DNA of 59,172 bases, counting the filler, from Stramenopiles sp. TOSAG23-2 (taxonomy: Eukaryota): the NCBI GenBank assembly GCA_900128395.1. It is 4 parts of 4 records of this genome, joined end to end, with 100 filler letters (N's around TTAATTAATTAA, not from the genome) between each part and the next. Parts side by side here need not be neighbours in the genome. Positions count along the whole stretch, not along the records: positions 14,893 to 29,625 come from LT649747.1; positions 29,726 to 44,401 come from LT649748.1; 2 more parts are not named here. One strand, 5' to 3'. The notes under the pieces are model-generated. The model was not told the DNA's origin. It saw only the letters and a program-made list of their open reading frames with translations, and did no database searches. The translations under genes were made by a program, and so were the position numbers. This document shows positions 19,994-30,922 of this stretch, one piece after another. How positions within the stretch are numbered: the first letter of the stretch is position 1; each line of letters opens with the position of its first letter.

Positions 19994-22057
19994 TTATTTT
20001 TTATTTTTATTTTCAGTACTTTTATTTTTCTTTTCAGTTTTACCTTTCTTTTTCTTTTTTTTTACACTATCTACGTCGCCCCCATTATGTGCTTTCTTTT
20101 TATGCCTTGAAACATTTGCTTTGTTGGCATATCGTTTACCACATACTTCACACGCATATGGTTTTGGATTTCCACCATGTTTACTGGTTTTATGATCTAA
20201 TAAATCAATACGACGTGCATATAACTTGGTATAAATAGTTATCATTTTACCAGTTACAGGATCCTTTTCTGTGCGTGTTGGACATAAATCACAACCAAAT
20301 TTTTTCTCCGGTTTACCTTCCATGAATTTACAAGACATCTTCTCATGCGCACGTTTATTACTAGGATCATTAAAACGTTGTTTACAACCAGGCCATTTAC
20401 AGCCATACGGCCTTTTATTTGTATGAATATTCATATGTTCTCTCAAAGTATGTTTCCTGGAGAACATTTTGCTACAGATACTGCATCTAAACGTTTTATT
20501 CAGCGTGAGTATTGGTGTCTTTGTTGGCTTTAAGTAACCACAGCCTGGACATCCTGGATTTTTATCCCATAAATCGATCTCTTCTTTACATGTAACGTTT
20601 GGGCAGATCCAACATAATTTAACTTTTGATTTATTTTTATCATCGAAATTTTCCCCGACGTAATTTGATAATACATTATCTCCAATTAATGCTAATGAAT
20701 GTTGACGTGCAACCCCAGTTGGTGCTGTAATATTTGCACCAAATCCCATACTACGTTGAGGTGCAAGAGATGGTGCTGTAATATTTGCACCAAATCCAAT
20801 ACTAAGTTGAGGTGCAAGTGCTGTTGGCCTTATACTACCAAAGTTGTTGTTGTAATTATTATTATCGAGGTCGAGATCCAGACTTGACCATGATCCTTGA
20901 CGTTGACTGTCTTGTCGGAATAAATCCATATCAAACAATGCAGATGCACCTGATATGTTGCGTGACAATGCAGGCATTATTGGGGTCGATAATGAATTTG
21001 TTCGTGATAAGGAAGGTCCTCGTGATAACGATGGTATTCTTTGTAAGGACGGTATACGGCTAGTTGGCGTAGGGTTCAACGTATTGATGATATTTTCAAT
21101 AACTAGAGCTGCAGCTTCAGTCTCTTCTTGTGTTATATCAAAAACTTGTTTAATCGCCTTTAAATGGTGGCACTTCGGACATTTCGTAACATTCTCATCA
21201 TCAATATCAATTTGAGTTTTAATTTGATTTTTTGAGCAATTCCCACAATACCAATAGACGGTAATGCGCTTTTCATCGTAAGAACTTAAATCCCCACCAC
21301 CTGATAGCTGTCGTCTATCACTCTCGGTCATAGTGCTACTGAAACCACCACTCTCATCATCGATCATTTCGCAAGTTTTATTTCGCTCTTGTTCCGAGAA
21401 TATTCTTAATATATCTGGTCCAGTGCTGGAACTAAAATTATTATTATTATTTGACGGTGTACTTGATGGTCCTAAGTTACTGCTATTCAAATCAATGCCA
21501 CCACCGCTTAACGAATTCAGAGCGGCCCGATTTATTTTTGGTTTGGCTTTAGCAGCGAGTTTCTCACTTTGTTTCGCTGCTTTTCTCCCTTGATCAACGA
21601 AATAGTTGGTAAGACCGTTTGCGTCTTTGGATAATATATCACCTGGAATTTTTGGACTTTCTAACAATTTTCCAAAATCAACTTGTACAGAGTTTGAATC
21701 TGGTTGAGAAGTCATAGTTTCAGAAAAATTTTCTTCAATTGCGCGATTGAAAAACATTGTCTGATCCTCATCAAGAATCAGCACACTTTCTAGTACTTCT
21801 AGATCAGTTGCATTGCGTTTTATAGCTGGAATAGGTAAGAGGCCAGGCCTACTAGGTTTCTTCTTTTTTCTAGCGGACCCAGAATTATTATTATTATTAT
21901 TATTATTAGAATTTTGTCGTTTCATTTTCTTTGGATAATAACCTGGTGTTTTATCTCCTTTTTTTTTTTCCGTGCTGAAATTAAATATGCGCAGATTGTA
22001 TTCGTCGTCGTTTTGTTGTATATTTGTATTTTCTTTTAAATAATTATTGTTTAACAT
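19994..22057 (-). CDS. C2H2 zinc-finger transcription factor with two extra CxxC...CxxC zinc-ribbon-like motifs
   Basis: CSICSKMFSRKHTLREHMNIHTNKRPYGCKWPGCKQRF and CEVCGKRYANKANVSRHKKKAH fingers; WYCGNC...CPKC and WICPNVTC...CPGC. The start codon may lie further downstream (MKRQ). Confidence 0.85.
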   Translation of the reverse strand: MLNNNYLKENTNIQQNDDEYNLRIFNFSTEKKKGDKTPGYYPKKMKRQNSNNNNNNNNSGSARKKKKPSRPGLLPIPAIKRNATDLEVLESVLILDEDQTMFFNRAIEENFSETMTSQPDSNSVQVDFGKLLESPKIPGDILSKDANGLTNYFVDQGRKAAKQSEKLAAKAKPKINRAALNSLSGGGIDLNSSNLGPSSTPSNNNNNFSSSTGPDILRIFSEQERNKTCEMIDDESGGFSSTMTESDRRQLSGGGDLSSYDEKRITVYWYCGNCSKNQIKTQIDIDDENVTKCPKCHHLKAIKQVFDITQEETEAAALVIENIINTLNPTPTSRIPSLQRIPSLSRGPSLSRTNSLSTPIMPALSRNISGASALFDMDLFRQDSQRQGSWSSLDLDLDNNNYNNNFGSIRPTALAPQLSIGFGANITAPSLAPQRSMGFGANITAPTGVARQHSLALIGDNVLSNYVGENFDDKNKSKVKLCWICPNVTCKEEIDLWDKNPGCPGCGYLKPTKTPILTLNKTFRCSICSKMFSRKHTLREHMNIHTNKRPYGCKWPGCKQRFNDPSNKRAHEKMSCKFMEGKPEKKFGCDLCPTRTEKDPVTGKMITIYTKLYARRIDLLDHKTSKHGGNPKPYACEVCGKRYANKANVSRHKKKAHNGGDVDSVKKKKKKGKTEKKNKSTENKNKK

Positions 22058-22516
22058 TGTGTTTGTTCTGTTTTTGTTTTCTATGTTTAGTAATATATAT
22101 GTATATGTATGTATTTATTATAGTATTCTAGTATAATATATTATTATATAATTGTATTTCTTCTATGATGATACCTGGTTGCTAATTCCTGAATGACCAG
22201 TAGATTGCATATTACAAGTAGCTGTGTTCAAATAGCACTAAAATAGCACCATCATCCACAACTTTTATTGGATGTCTTATATGCTCCTCGCTTCATTTTA
22301 AAATAAAAAGGAGTGTATAATTAGAATAAATAGCAGTAGACATTATAGAGGAGACACCATTAGTGTGAAGGGACGGAGTAGGTACATGGTACATGCTAGA
22401 TGCTAGACCAACACAGGAAACCTTAACGAGCAAATCCACTACTACTCAAGAATCGGAGCGTAGCGTATTTGTAGACGACTACCGTCCTCGTATACTGTAG
22501 AGCTCCCTATAAAATG

Positions 22517-22563
22517 AATGCTAATGCTTAATGCTAATGCTAATTACCGCCTAATGCTAATGC
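22517..22563. repeat. (AATGCT)n degenerate microsatellite in a divergent promoter
   Basis: aatgctaatgcttaatgctaatgctaatt...ctaatgctaatgc. Confidence 0.8.
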
Positions 22564-22832
22564 GCACTTGATAACTTACTTTAACTTCTGTAATTTATGT
22601 AGTCTACTAAGCCTATCATCGAGAAGTGCACTTTTTTTTTGAACAACAAAACTACCAAATCCGGGGATATTACAAAGGATATCTTCAACTGTTATATATC
22701 ATTGAGAGGATCTGATACACTCTATATTATATATATCATCACCTTTTCATATTATTCAATAGTCTATTCATACATTCATTATATTCACATCATAATAATA
22801 ATAATAATAATAACAATAATAATAATAATAAT

Positions 22833-24137
22833 ATGGCTGGTGGGTTTTCTTCGTCATCCTCAGCAACCACAATTGAAACTTCACCAAGTTTAAGAATCAC
22901 TGCTATCTGTCTATTAATATTAGCAAATAGTTTATTTGCTGGATGGGATATTATAATACGTGAATTTTATGCATTGTCACCCCATCCTTTTCATCCAATT
23001 TTATTCAATGTTGTCAGAGGTGCACTATCTGGTATAATCAATGTTTGCATTGCATTGTACTTTGAAGGTACGGACATTACTATTGTACCAATAAATAAAT
23101 TTAAATTCGATCACTCACGATTTTTGGAAAACATTTTAACAACTAAAAATAAACGTCGTTTAGCAATAATTTTTACAAGCGTAGTTGGCATTTTTGTTGC
23201 ACAAGTTGGCTATTTATATGGCGTTAAATTTACATCTGCTACACATGGCGCAGTCTTACAGCCTTTAATTGCTGTTGTTGCCATGTTAATTGCCATCTTT
23301 GCCGGTGCAGAAAAGTTTGGTTCTGGGGTTGAAGCAAAAAAAAAAATATACGGCCTTATATTATGTGTAGGTGGTGCAATGGTAGTTGTTTTAGGGTCAA
23401 ATCATCATAAACGGCATCATGCTGTAACTGCATCATCAGGAACAAAATCTAGAATACCAAATGATGCTGCTGCAAAAACGTATCCAATTTTAGGAACAGC
23501 ATTGATTTTATTTGAAGTTCTAGGAGTCGCATTGTTTTACGTAATTTTGCCAGTATTAAGTCGTTTCTACAAAAGTGCATGGTTGACTAGTATGGTCATA
23601 TTATCATCGCTTCCCGTTTATATTCTTACTTTTTTTTTATTCATAGAAATTGAACCATTGGATAAAAAACAATTAATAATTAATAAAGAGTTGGTTTATT
23701 CAATGTCATATTGTGTCATGAATACTATTTTTTTCAATTTTGCAATTGTATGGGGTTCAAAACATTTAGAAGCTAGTTTTGCTTCGTTATTTGCCTGTTC
23801 GCATCCAGTAGCAACCTCCATTTTGTCGGTGCTTATACTTAAACATCCTATCTCCATATATGACTTTGTAGGTGGAATATTGATCATATTTGGTTTTTAT
23901 CAATCAACACAAGCAAAATTAAAAGGGAAGAAATTCCATGATATGGGTAATGAATTTGATGTTGATGTAGAAAAATTAGGTAGTAAAAAACGAAGAAAAA
24001 AACGAAAGGAAAAAAAATTCAAACCGTATCGTGATGGTACAAGTTCAACAAGTGGCAGCAGTAGTAGTAGTAGCGATGATGATGAAATTGGTGATTTAAA
24101 TGACAATGATGATTATGAGAGTGATGTTAGTCTTTAA
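22833..24137 (+). CDS. Drug/metabolite transporter (EamA/WAT1-like)
   Basis: About 10 TM helices; GVKFTSATHGAVLQPLIAV...AEK and second repeat SLFACSHPVATSILSVLIL...VGGILII. Confidence 0.85.
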   Translation: MAGGFSSSSSATTIETSPSLRITAICLLILANSLFAGWDIIIREFYALSPHPFHPILFNVVRGALSGIINVCIALYFEGTDITIVPINKFKFDHSRFLENILTTKNKRRLAIIFTSVVGIFVAQVGYLYGVKFTSATHGAVLQPLIAVVAMLIAIFAGAEKFGSGVEAKKKIYGLILCVGGAMVVVLGSNHHKRHHAVTASSGTKSRIPNDAAAKTYPILGTALILFEVLGVALFYVILPVLSRFYKSAWLTSMVILSSLPVYILTFFLFIEIEPLDKKQLIINKELVYSMSYCVMNTIFFNFAIVWGSKHLEASFASLFACSHPVATSILSVLILKHPISIYDFVGGILIIFGFYQSTQAKLKGKKFHDMGNEFDVDVEKLGSKKRRKKRKEKKFKPYRDGTSSTSGSSSSSSDDDEIGDLNDNDDYESDVSL

Positions 24138-24598
24138 AAAATTTATATAAGAAGAAGGAGCTTTTTGTATTGGGATGAATATCCTAATCCTAAAAAATAA
24201 GAATATATCCGATTTTTTTGTCATATCCAATATCTCTCTATCAAATATACATATATTAGTATACTAAATTAGTACTTAAATTAACTACCATTTTGAAATC
24301 CACTATAACTAATAATTGATAATCCTTCATCAGTTTACTATTGTTTCCTTAACTTAATATATTACGGATAGTCGTGTTATATGCAGTATTAGTATGTGTT
24401 AAGGACATTACGATTCCAATGCTATTATTATTATACTAAATTACGTGTTCTCTCACGCCAAAAACATCCCCTCTCTCGGATCGTCGAACAACAACAAAAT
24501 AAAAAAGCCATCACTAAAAACATTCGATGCAGGCAGTCGAGTGAAGCGAGTTCAAGGGGAATGCTCCACCAGGTATTATTAAACCCGGTCAAAACGAG

Positions 24599-25812
24599 AT
24601 GAATCTATTCATTTTTTTCCTATTGCAAGCAGTGTCTGCAGCAGCAACAACTACGCAGCGTGCGTATGTGGCGACTTCCGTGGATGAAAACGGTTATGTA
24701 ACAAATTCAACATTTCAACAACACTCAATACCAACTGTGGGTGATTTGAGAACAATGTATACTGGACTACCAATTCAAGCATGTGAACTCCTGATAAAAA
24801 TAGCCGCTTCCTCAATAAACCCGTCTGATATTCATCCAAAGGTGGCGCCACAACTTTTACCACTTTNNNNNNNNNNNNNNNNNNNNNNNNNNNNNNNNNN
24901 NNNNNNNNNNNNNNNNNNNNNNNNNNNNNNNNNNNNNNNNNNNNNNNNNNNNNNNNNNNNNNNNNNNNNNNNNNNNTACCACATGTTATGGGTTCCGATG
25001 TAGCTGGAAAAGTCATGCAAGTCGAACAAGATACGGGCAAAAAGTGTCGCTTCAGTGTTGGTGACCTTGTATATGGAGATATTGGCGCAAATGCATTCAC
25101 TAGCAACAATATCAAAACCAAGGAACTTGGAGCCTATGCAGAGTACGCTGTTGTGTTGGATACGCAAGTAGCCTTAATCCCGAGTAATGTGAACTTTTTA
25201 GAAGCTGCCTCCCTTCCAAAAGTTTCACTTACATCTATCAAAGCACTTGCGTGGTATGGTGGTGCGAGAAATCGTACTTTTATAAATTCAACTGTTCTTA
25301 TTTTAGGCGGTTCAGGAGGTACAGGTACAACTGGTATACAACTAGCAAAGTATTTTGGTGCTTCCAACATTGTTACAACTACAAGTTTTACTAACTCCAA
25401 ATATTGTCAATCCCTTGGTGCAACGAAGATTATAGATTATCATACAACAAATTGGTGGGATGTACTTAGCGAATCCACATTCGATCTAGTTTACGACACC
25501 GTTGGACAATTAAATACAGGTAATCGCGCAATGAAGGTATTGAAAAAAGGTGGCTACTACGTAACAATCACTGGCCAGCTAGCAACAGAGGTAAAACCTG
25601 GTGTAGTTCAGTCAATGTTTATAAATAGTGATACAAACTTAAATTCAGCAAAATTAATGGATGAACTTGCTGCTATAACTAAAATGAATAAATTAAGAAT
25701 GACCCGATTATCAAAACCGTACACTTTGGAAAATATACAAAATGGATTCAGAAGTAGTGAAGGTGGTCATACTGTTGGGAAAATTGTGGTCACAACAAAT
25801 AAGCAAGATTGA
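24599..25812 (+). CDS. MDR-family NADPH:quinone oxidoreductase-like (zeta-crystallin/RTN4IP1-like) with predicted signal peptide; spans an N gap
   Basis: ELLIKIAASSINPSD...MGSDVAGKV, GAYAEY, EAASLP, VLILGGSGGTGTTGIQLAK, GHTVGKIVV. The gap flanks overlap (TACCAC), giving PQLLPHVMGSD. Confidence 0.85.
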
Positions 25813-26529
25813 AGACTCTATAAGGTTTCAGCCACAAATGTACCATTTTCAGTTTACGCCCACTCTGCAGCTTTATGGTATGTACTAAACTTAACTCTCA
25901 GTGGCAATGTAAGTTTTTCCAAATTTCCTAGCATGGGGCTATTTTAAAAAATGAAAACGATTCATCGCATATATATTTTTATATATTATTTTCTTACCTC
26001 ATCATTAATATTTAATATATTTATTTTTTTTAATTCAAGGCACCAAGTGTAAAACCTGCACGACATCATGATTTAGTATGGTAATAGCAGGTGTTATAAT
26101 ATAATCCTGTGTCCACGCTATATTGCCTATACTTAAATTCAGTAACATCATAACAATTTCTACTCCTATCAAAATTTGTAAATCTATTTCCTATGTAACA
26201 TGTTTATTCTACTAAGTACAAGTTGTGTGCAAAACTGAACGTTTGTCACTTTTTATTAAATTACCAAAATATATATATATATATCTATTGTTGTATATTG
26301 TATATAATAAGATGTTGACTCCAATCCTCCAGTATCTATGTATATAAAATAGACCACCAATGGAAAGATTGAATAGATTACGTCATTTTATATATATCTT
26401 AAAAGATTTTGAATAAACAATCAATAGATATCTGTCAAAAAATCCCTCTCCCCGCATCGCCGCACTCTTATATATATACTTACTGAAATTTACCAACAAT
26501 ACAAAAAAAAATTAAACATTCAAGCAACA

Positions 26530-27813
26530 ATGGTTAAAAACAATCCAAAATATTCCAATGCAATATTAAAACGTGCATTGCAACAACAATTACTAGAATT
26601 CGAAATTAAACAGAACGCTGCTGACTTACAAATTGAAGAATTATTATATAAAGTACAAGAGCTACAAGCATGGAAACAATCAGCAAAAGATTTTGTAGAT
26701 AAAGCGGCAGATGATCGAAGGACATTTAATCGTAAAGTTGCTATGCGAGAAGCTAACGTTGTTGCGAGAGAAAAACGATTATATAAGGAATTAAAAGAAT
26801 TAAAAAATTTAAAAACATTAACAAAAAACAATGAAGATTTAAAAGCTGAAAATGAACGGTTAAAAAGACGTTTCGGTGAAATGAAAGCAATGAAGGAAGA
26901 ATTATTAATACAACAAAAACAACGTGGTCAAGAACAAGAACTTGTAAAAGCTGATTTAAGAGTGGTTGAAAGATTATTTGTCCAACATTTAGAAGAAATG
27001 ATGTTAGTTGATGTTACTATGCATAAGCAAATTGGTAATTTAGGTGAAGATCCTATGAAAAAAGGTAGAAATTTAAAAATTATATCAAGAGAGCGGTTAA
27101 GGGAAGAATTAAAAGCTGCATGTTCGGAATGTCCACCAGGTACAGCAGGTAGTGGTATAGATCGTGTTGCAAAAAATTTATTAGATAAATTATCAACTAC
27201 ATATAAACAGGCATCCAAAACATCAGAAGATTTAAGTAGAAGATGTGATAAATTAGAAGCTGATTTAAAAGCAACAACGGAGCAACTTATGGATACTATA
27301 AAAGAAAAAAGTAGCATGGGGAAAAAATTAAAAGCAGAAGAATTAAATTTAAGAGCGATGAAAAAAAGAGTCGATCGCTTATCACATGGTGAAGTAGGAG
27401 AATTACGTGCAATGTTAACTCATAGTCATAAACATTATTCTGAATTAAATGGTATGTTGCGTGAATTTTTAAAATTTAGTCAAGAGGAAATGCGTAAATC
27501 ATTAGGTTTTGTCCCACGTACAGTTATTCAAGTAAGTGAAATATGTAAAACAGTGCCAGAAAATCCATTAGCGGATTTTGAAGGGTATACACCTCCTGGT
27601 GCAAAATCACCAAAGAAAACTGTGAAATACAATCCACCAAAAATGGATGTCAATGATACATCAAATAATAGAAAAGTAGCTAAAATGAATAGCAAACGTG
27701 GTGGTAATAAAAATAAAAATGTTGTTAAAAACAATAATAATAATAATACCAGATTGAGTAGCAATAATAAAAATAAAAATAAATCAAGAAAAGGTGGTAG
27801 TAGACGTCGTTAA
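26530..27813 (+). CDS. Uncharacterised coiled-coil protein
   Basis: 427-aa ORF with E/K/L heptad-rich composition and a basic low-complexity tail. Confidence 0.7.
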   Translation: MVKNNPKYSNAILKRALQQQLLEFEIKQNAADLQIEELLYKVQELQAWKQSAKDFVDKAADDRRTFNRKVAMREANVVAREKRLYKELKELKNLKTLTKNNEDLKAENERLKRRFGEMKAMKEELLIQQKQRGQEQELVKADLRVVERLFVQHLEEMMLVDVTMHKQIGNLGEDPMKKGRNLKIISRERLREELKAACSECPPGTAGSGIDRVAKNLLDKLSTTYKQASKTSEDLSRRCDKLEADLKATTEQLMDTIKEKSSMGKKLKAEELNLRAMKKRVDRLSHGEVGELRAMLTHSHKHYSELNGMLREFLKFSQEEMRKSLGFVPRTVIQVSEICKTVPENPLADFEGYTPPGAKSPKKTVKYNPPKMDVNDTSNNRKVAKMNSKRGGNKNKNVVKNNNNNNTRLSSNNKNKNKSRKGGSRRR

Positions 27814-28078
27814 AAGAGACGAGAGAGAAGAGGAGATTATTATTTATATACAGTTTATATGATGGTATTAGTGCGACATGTACGATCTCGTAATTTATTT
27901 AAAAACATGTATTTGAACACTAGAATTTTTTCACCTCCACCACCTCTATTTCATCATGTGATGATGGGTATTTATATTGGTTGGGAATTCAATAGTACAT
28001 TGAATTAAAGGTGTATGTCACACCAGCTATTATTATAATTGTTTTATAGAATATAAATAGAATTCTTATATTACCTTG

Positions 28079-28109
<31 letters not shown>

Positions 28110-28194
28110 TTATTCATATCAGATACAAAGTAAGATACCGTTATAGTAATACATATATATATATACATATATATAATAGTAAGAACAAAACAAT

Positions 28195-29307
28195 ATGTTA
28201 TTCAATCATGCAAATAAAGTGTTAAAAACAATTTATACGAAAAGAAATAATGTGTTAATAAATAAAAATCAAACATCGTTACTTCTTCGACGTCATTTAT
28301 CATATTCTTCTTCTTACAATTCATACAGTCGTGGTGGGATGACGGAACGATGGCCATTACCAAAAACAAATACAATATTAAATATTGTGCCACAAGGGCA
28401 ACAATTTGTAGTGGAAAGAATGGGGAAATTCCATTCTGTGGAACAATCAGGTTGGTTTCTTGCGATTCCATTTGTCGATGCTATTACATATCGCATTGAT
28501 ATGAGAGAAAAAGCAATTGAAATTGAGCCACAACCAGCAATTACACGCGACAATGTAAGTTTGGAAGTCTCAGGCAATGTATTTATACAATTTGTTGATG
28601 CTCATAAAGCTGCGTATGGCAGTTTCAATCCATTGTATGCCGTTAGTCAAAATGCACAGTCAGCGATGAGAGCTGCTATTGGTAAATTGGAATTAGATGA
28701 AATTTTGCATGCAAGGCAACAATTAAATGACAAAGTAGCAGCTGCTTTGTCAGACGCTTCTGAACCATGGGGAATTCAAATCAAACGATATGAAATTACT
28801 GAAATATTGCCTGATCGTCAAATACAAATTGCAATGGACAAGCAAGCAGTTGCAGAACGGGAGAGGAGGGAGCAGGTATTGGGTGCAGAAGGTTTGAAGA
28901 AAGCTGCTGTCTTGGAATCTGAAGGTATTAAACAAAAATTACAAAATGAATCGGAAGGTGAATTGATTAAAGTAAGAAATGAAGCTTTAGCAGAAAAAGA
29001 AAAACTTGTTTTAGAAGCGGAAGGGGAAGCACAAGCAATCATGGCGAGAGCAGAAGCGCAAGCAAAAGCTATTTCATTAGTTGGTGATGCTTTAGCCACG
29101 AAAGAAGGCCAAGTAGCTGCACAATTGGAAATGGCACGTGAATATGTAGAAATGTATGGTGATATGGGTCAAAAAAGCAATACGATTATGTTTCAAAAAG
29201 ATGCAGGAGATGTAAATGCACTTTTAGCACAAGCAGCTACTGTATTTAATACATCAAGTATCCAAGCTGCGAATTTTAATAATAGTAATGAAAAAAATGA
29301 TGAATAA
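28195..29307 (+). CDS. STOML2: Stomatin-like protein 2, mitochondrial (SPFH/Band 7)
   Basis: Basic N-terminal presequence; IVPQ...VVERMGKF, AITRDNV, AQSAMRAAIGKLELD, WGIQIKRYEI, AERERR...AEG, C-terminal SLP domain. Confidence 0.92.
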   Translation: MLFNHANKVLKTIYTKRNNVLINKNQTSLLLRRHLSYSSSYNSYSRGGMTERWPLPKTNTILNIVPQGQQFVVERMGKFHSVEQSGWFLAIPFVDAITYRIDMREKAIEIEPQPAITRDNVSLEVSGNVFIQFVDAHKAAYGSFNPLYAVSQNAQSAMRAAIGKLELDEILHARQQLNDKVAAALSDASEPWGIQIKRYEITEILPDRQIQIAMDKQAVAERERREQVLGAEGLKKAAVLESEGIKQKLQNESEGELIKVRNEALAEKEKLVLEAEGEAQAIMARAEAQAKAISLVGDALATKEGQVAAQLEMAREYVEMYGDMGQKSNTIMFQKDAGDVNALLAQAATVFNTSSIQAANFNNSNEKNDE

Positions 29308-29625
29308 AAAAACAAAACACACACCTACGAAAAGAAAAGAGAGCGAGCATATGCCGTGTAAAAATTTACGTGGATACATATATATGTCAATGTATCATGT
29401 GTGATCTCGGCATATTTACATGAAGAGTGTGAGTGTTATTAAAAATAAATTTTAAATACGCATGCGCTCTGGATAAACATAAAATTATGATAGAATATTT
29501 TTACACGCGTATATATTTTGAACGAGTGCGCATGGAAGGATAGAAACCTACTCATGCTTGTAGAGTACGAAGTATTAGTTTGCAGAGGTGCATTAGAGCT
29601 TTACTATAGTAGGATAGAATATTAT

Positions 29626-29725
29626 NNNNNNNNNNNNNNNNNNNNNNNNNNNNNNNNNNNNNNNNNNNNTTAATTAATTAANNNNNNNNNNNNNNNNNNN
29701 NNNNNNNNNNNNNNNNNNNNNNNNN
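29626..29725. other. Artificial contig linker
   Basis: N44-TTAATTAATTAA-N44. Confidence 0.98.
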
Positions 29726-30037
29726 TACTAATTAGTAGACAAATAATACCTAAAATACGATTCCACTTTTCCAGCCTCAGACAGCCGTTGTGTTTTTGAT
29801 GTGAGTAAAGCTCTCTGTACACTGTTGCACTGGTACACATTTTATAATAATAACTTATTACATATAATTTCAATAATAATAATAGCTTTTTATAAGAAAT
29901 GCAAAGGAACTTTTGAGGAACCTTGATGGGAGGATAGAATTATTGGATGGGCAGAAGATATTCAGGATAAAACGTATTTATAGTTTACTGTATATAAACA
30001 TTGTAACATATGTTAAATCATTTGAAGTGAAAGAGAA

Positions 30038-30337
30038 ATGCATAAAATTGTGAAATTAGCATCATCCAAAAAAAAAGGTACTACTAATAATAAATCATCA
30101 CCAAAAAGAGGAGGAGGAAAAAGAGGATCGTCATCATCACCAAAACAACGTAGGAAATCGACTTTCCAAGAATTAAGAGAGAAACAAGAGTTAATAAAAC
30201 AGCAACAAGAGGAACTGAATAAAGTGAATGAAAAAATACATCATCAGCAGCAACTACTACTAATACAGATGGAAAAAGAACAAGTGATGATCCAACATCT
30301 GCATATGTCATTTCCAATACAAAAAGATAGAAAATAA
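30038..30337 (+). CDS. Small basic/coiled-coil ORF; possibly a frameshifted fragment
   Basis: The first 65 codons resemble this genome's low-complexity proteins; no family recognised. Confidence 0.35.
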   Translation: MHKIVKLASSKKKGTTNNKSSPKRGGGKRGSSSSPKQRRKSTFQELREKQELIKQQQEELNKVNEKIHHQQQLLLIQMEKEQVMIQHLHMSFPIQKDRK

Positions 30338-30922
30338 TGTGCTACTTTATTTATATTACCTTGCCTGGCTTGTGGTGGTTCCTGCTAAAATCTTTTGATA
30401 TTATACTATACAAACTAACTCATAAGTGTGTTGTTTTATATTATCATAGGTAAAATATCTTATAGGGAGGATCCTCTCTAGTTTCTTATAGGGGGCAGAA
30501 AATGGCCAAATAATGGCCACGAAATAGCATGACACAGCACTCACTACAATTTGCTAGCATATACACACCATTAGTAATGTTATTCCATGCTAAGTTCAAA
30601 ATTGACCGGAGCAGGCACACAGCATGGGCTAAAATACATCAATAAATTATATCGATACACTATTGGAAAATGGGGTCTCACTATTTCCAGTATAGCATGA
30701 CATAGCATCACTTCTTCTTCTATTCCATGGGACTTCTTTCTTTATTATTATATATATAAATAAAAGAAAAAAACAAAAAAATAATATACAAACACGTTTG
30801 TTTTGTACGATTATATAAATATATATATATACATATATATATTGTTACTTTGACGCATCAGTTTGTATTATTGTAAAGAATTGCCCATACCACATAAATG
30901 TATTAAAATTTGACACAAAAAA

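Noticed and set aside
22371-22489. gggacggagtag ... ctaccgtcc resembling Stowaway MITE termini
   Set aside because: Short, imperfect, in outward orientation relative to Stowaway TIRs, and no second copy.
24520-24598. GC-richer stretch with GAGTTCAA, possible tRNA or B-box
   Set aside because: No cloverleaf or acceptor stem could be built.
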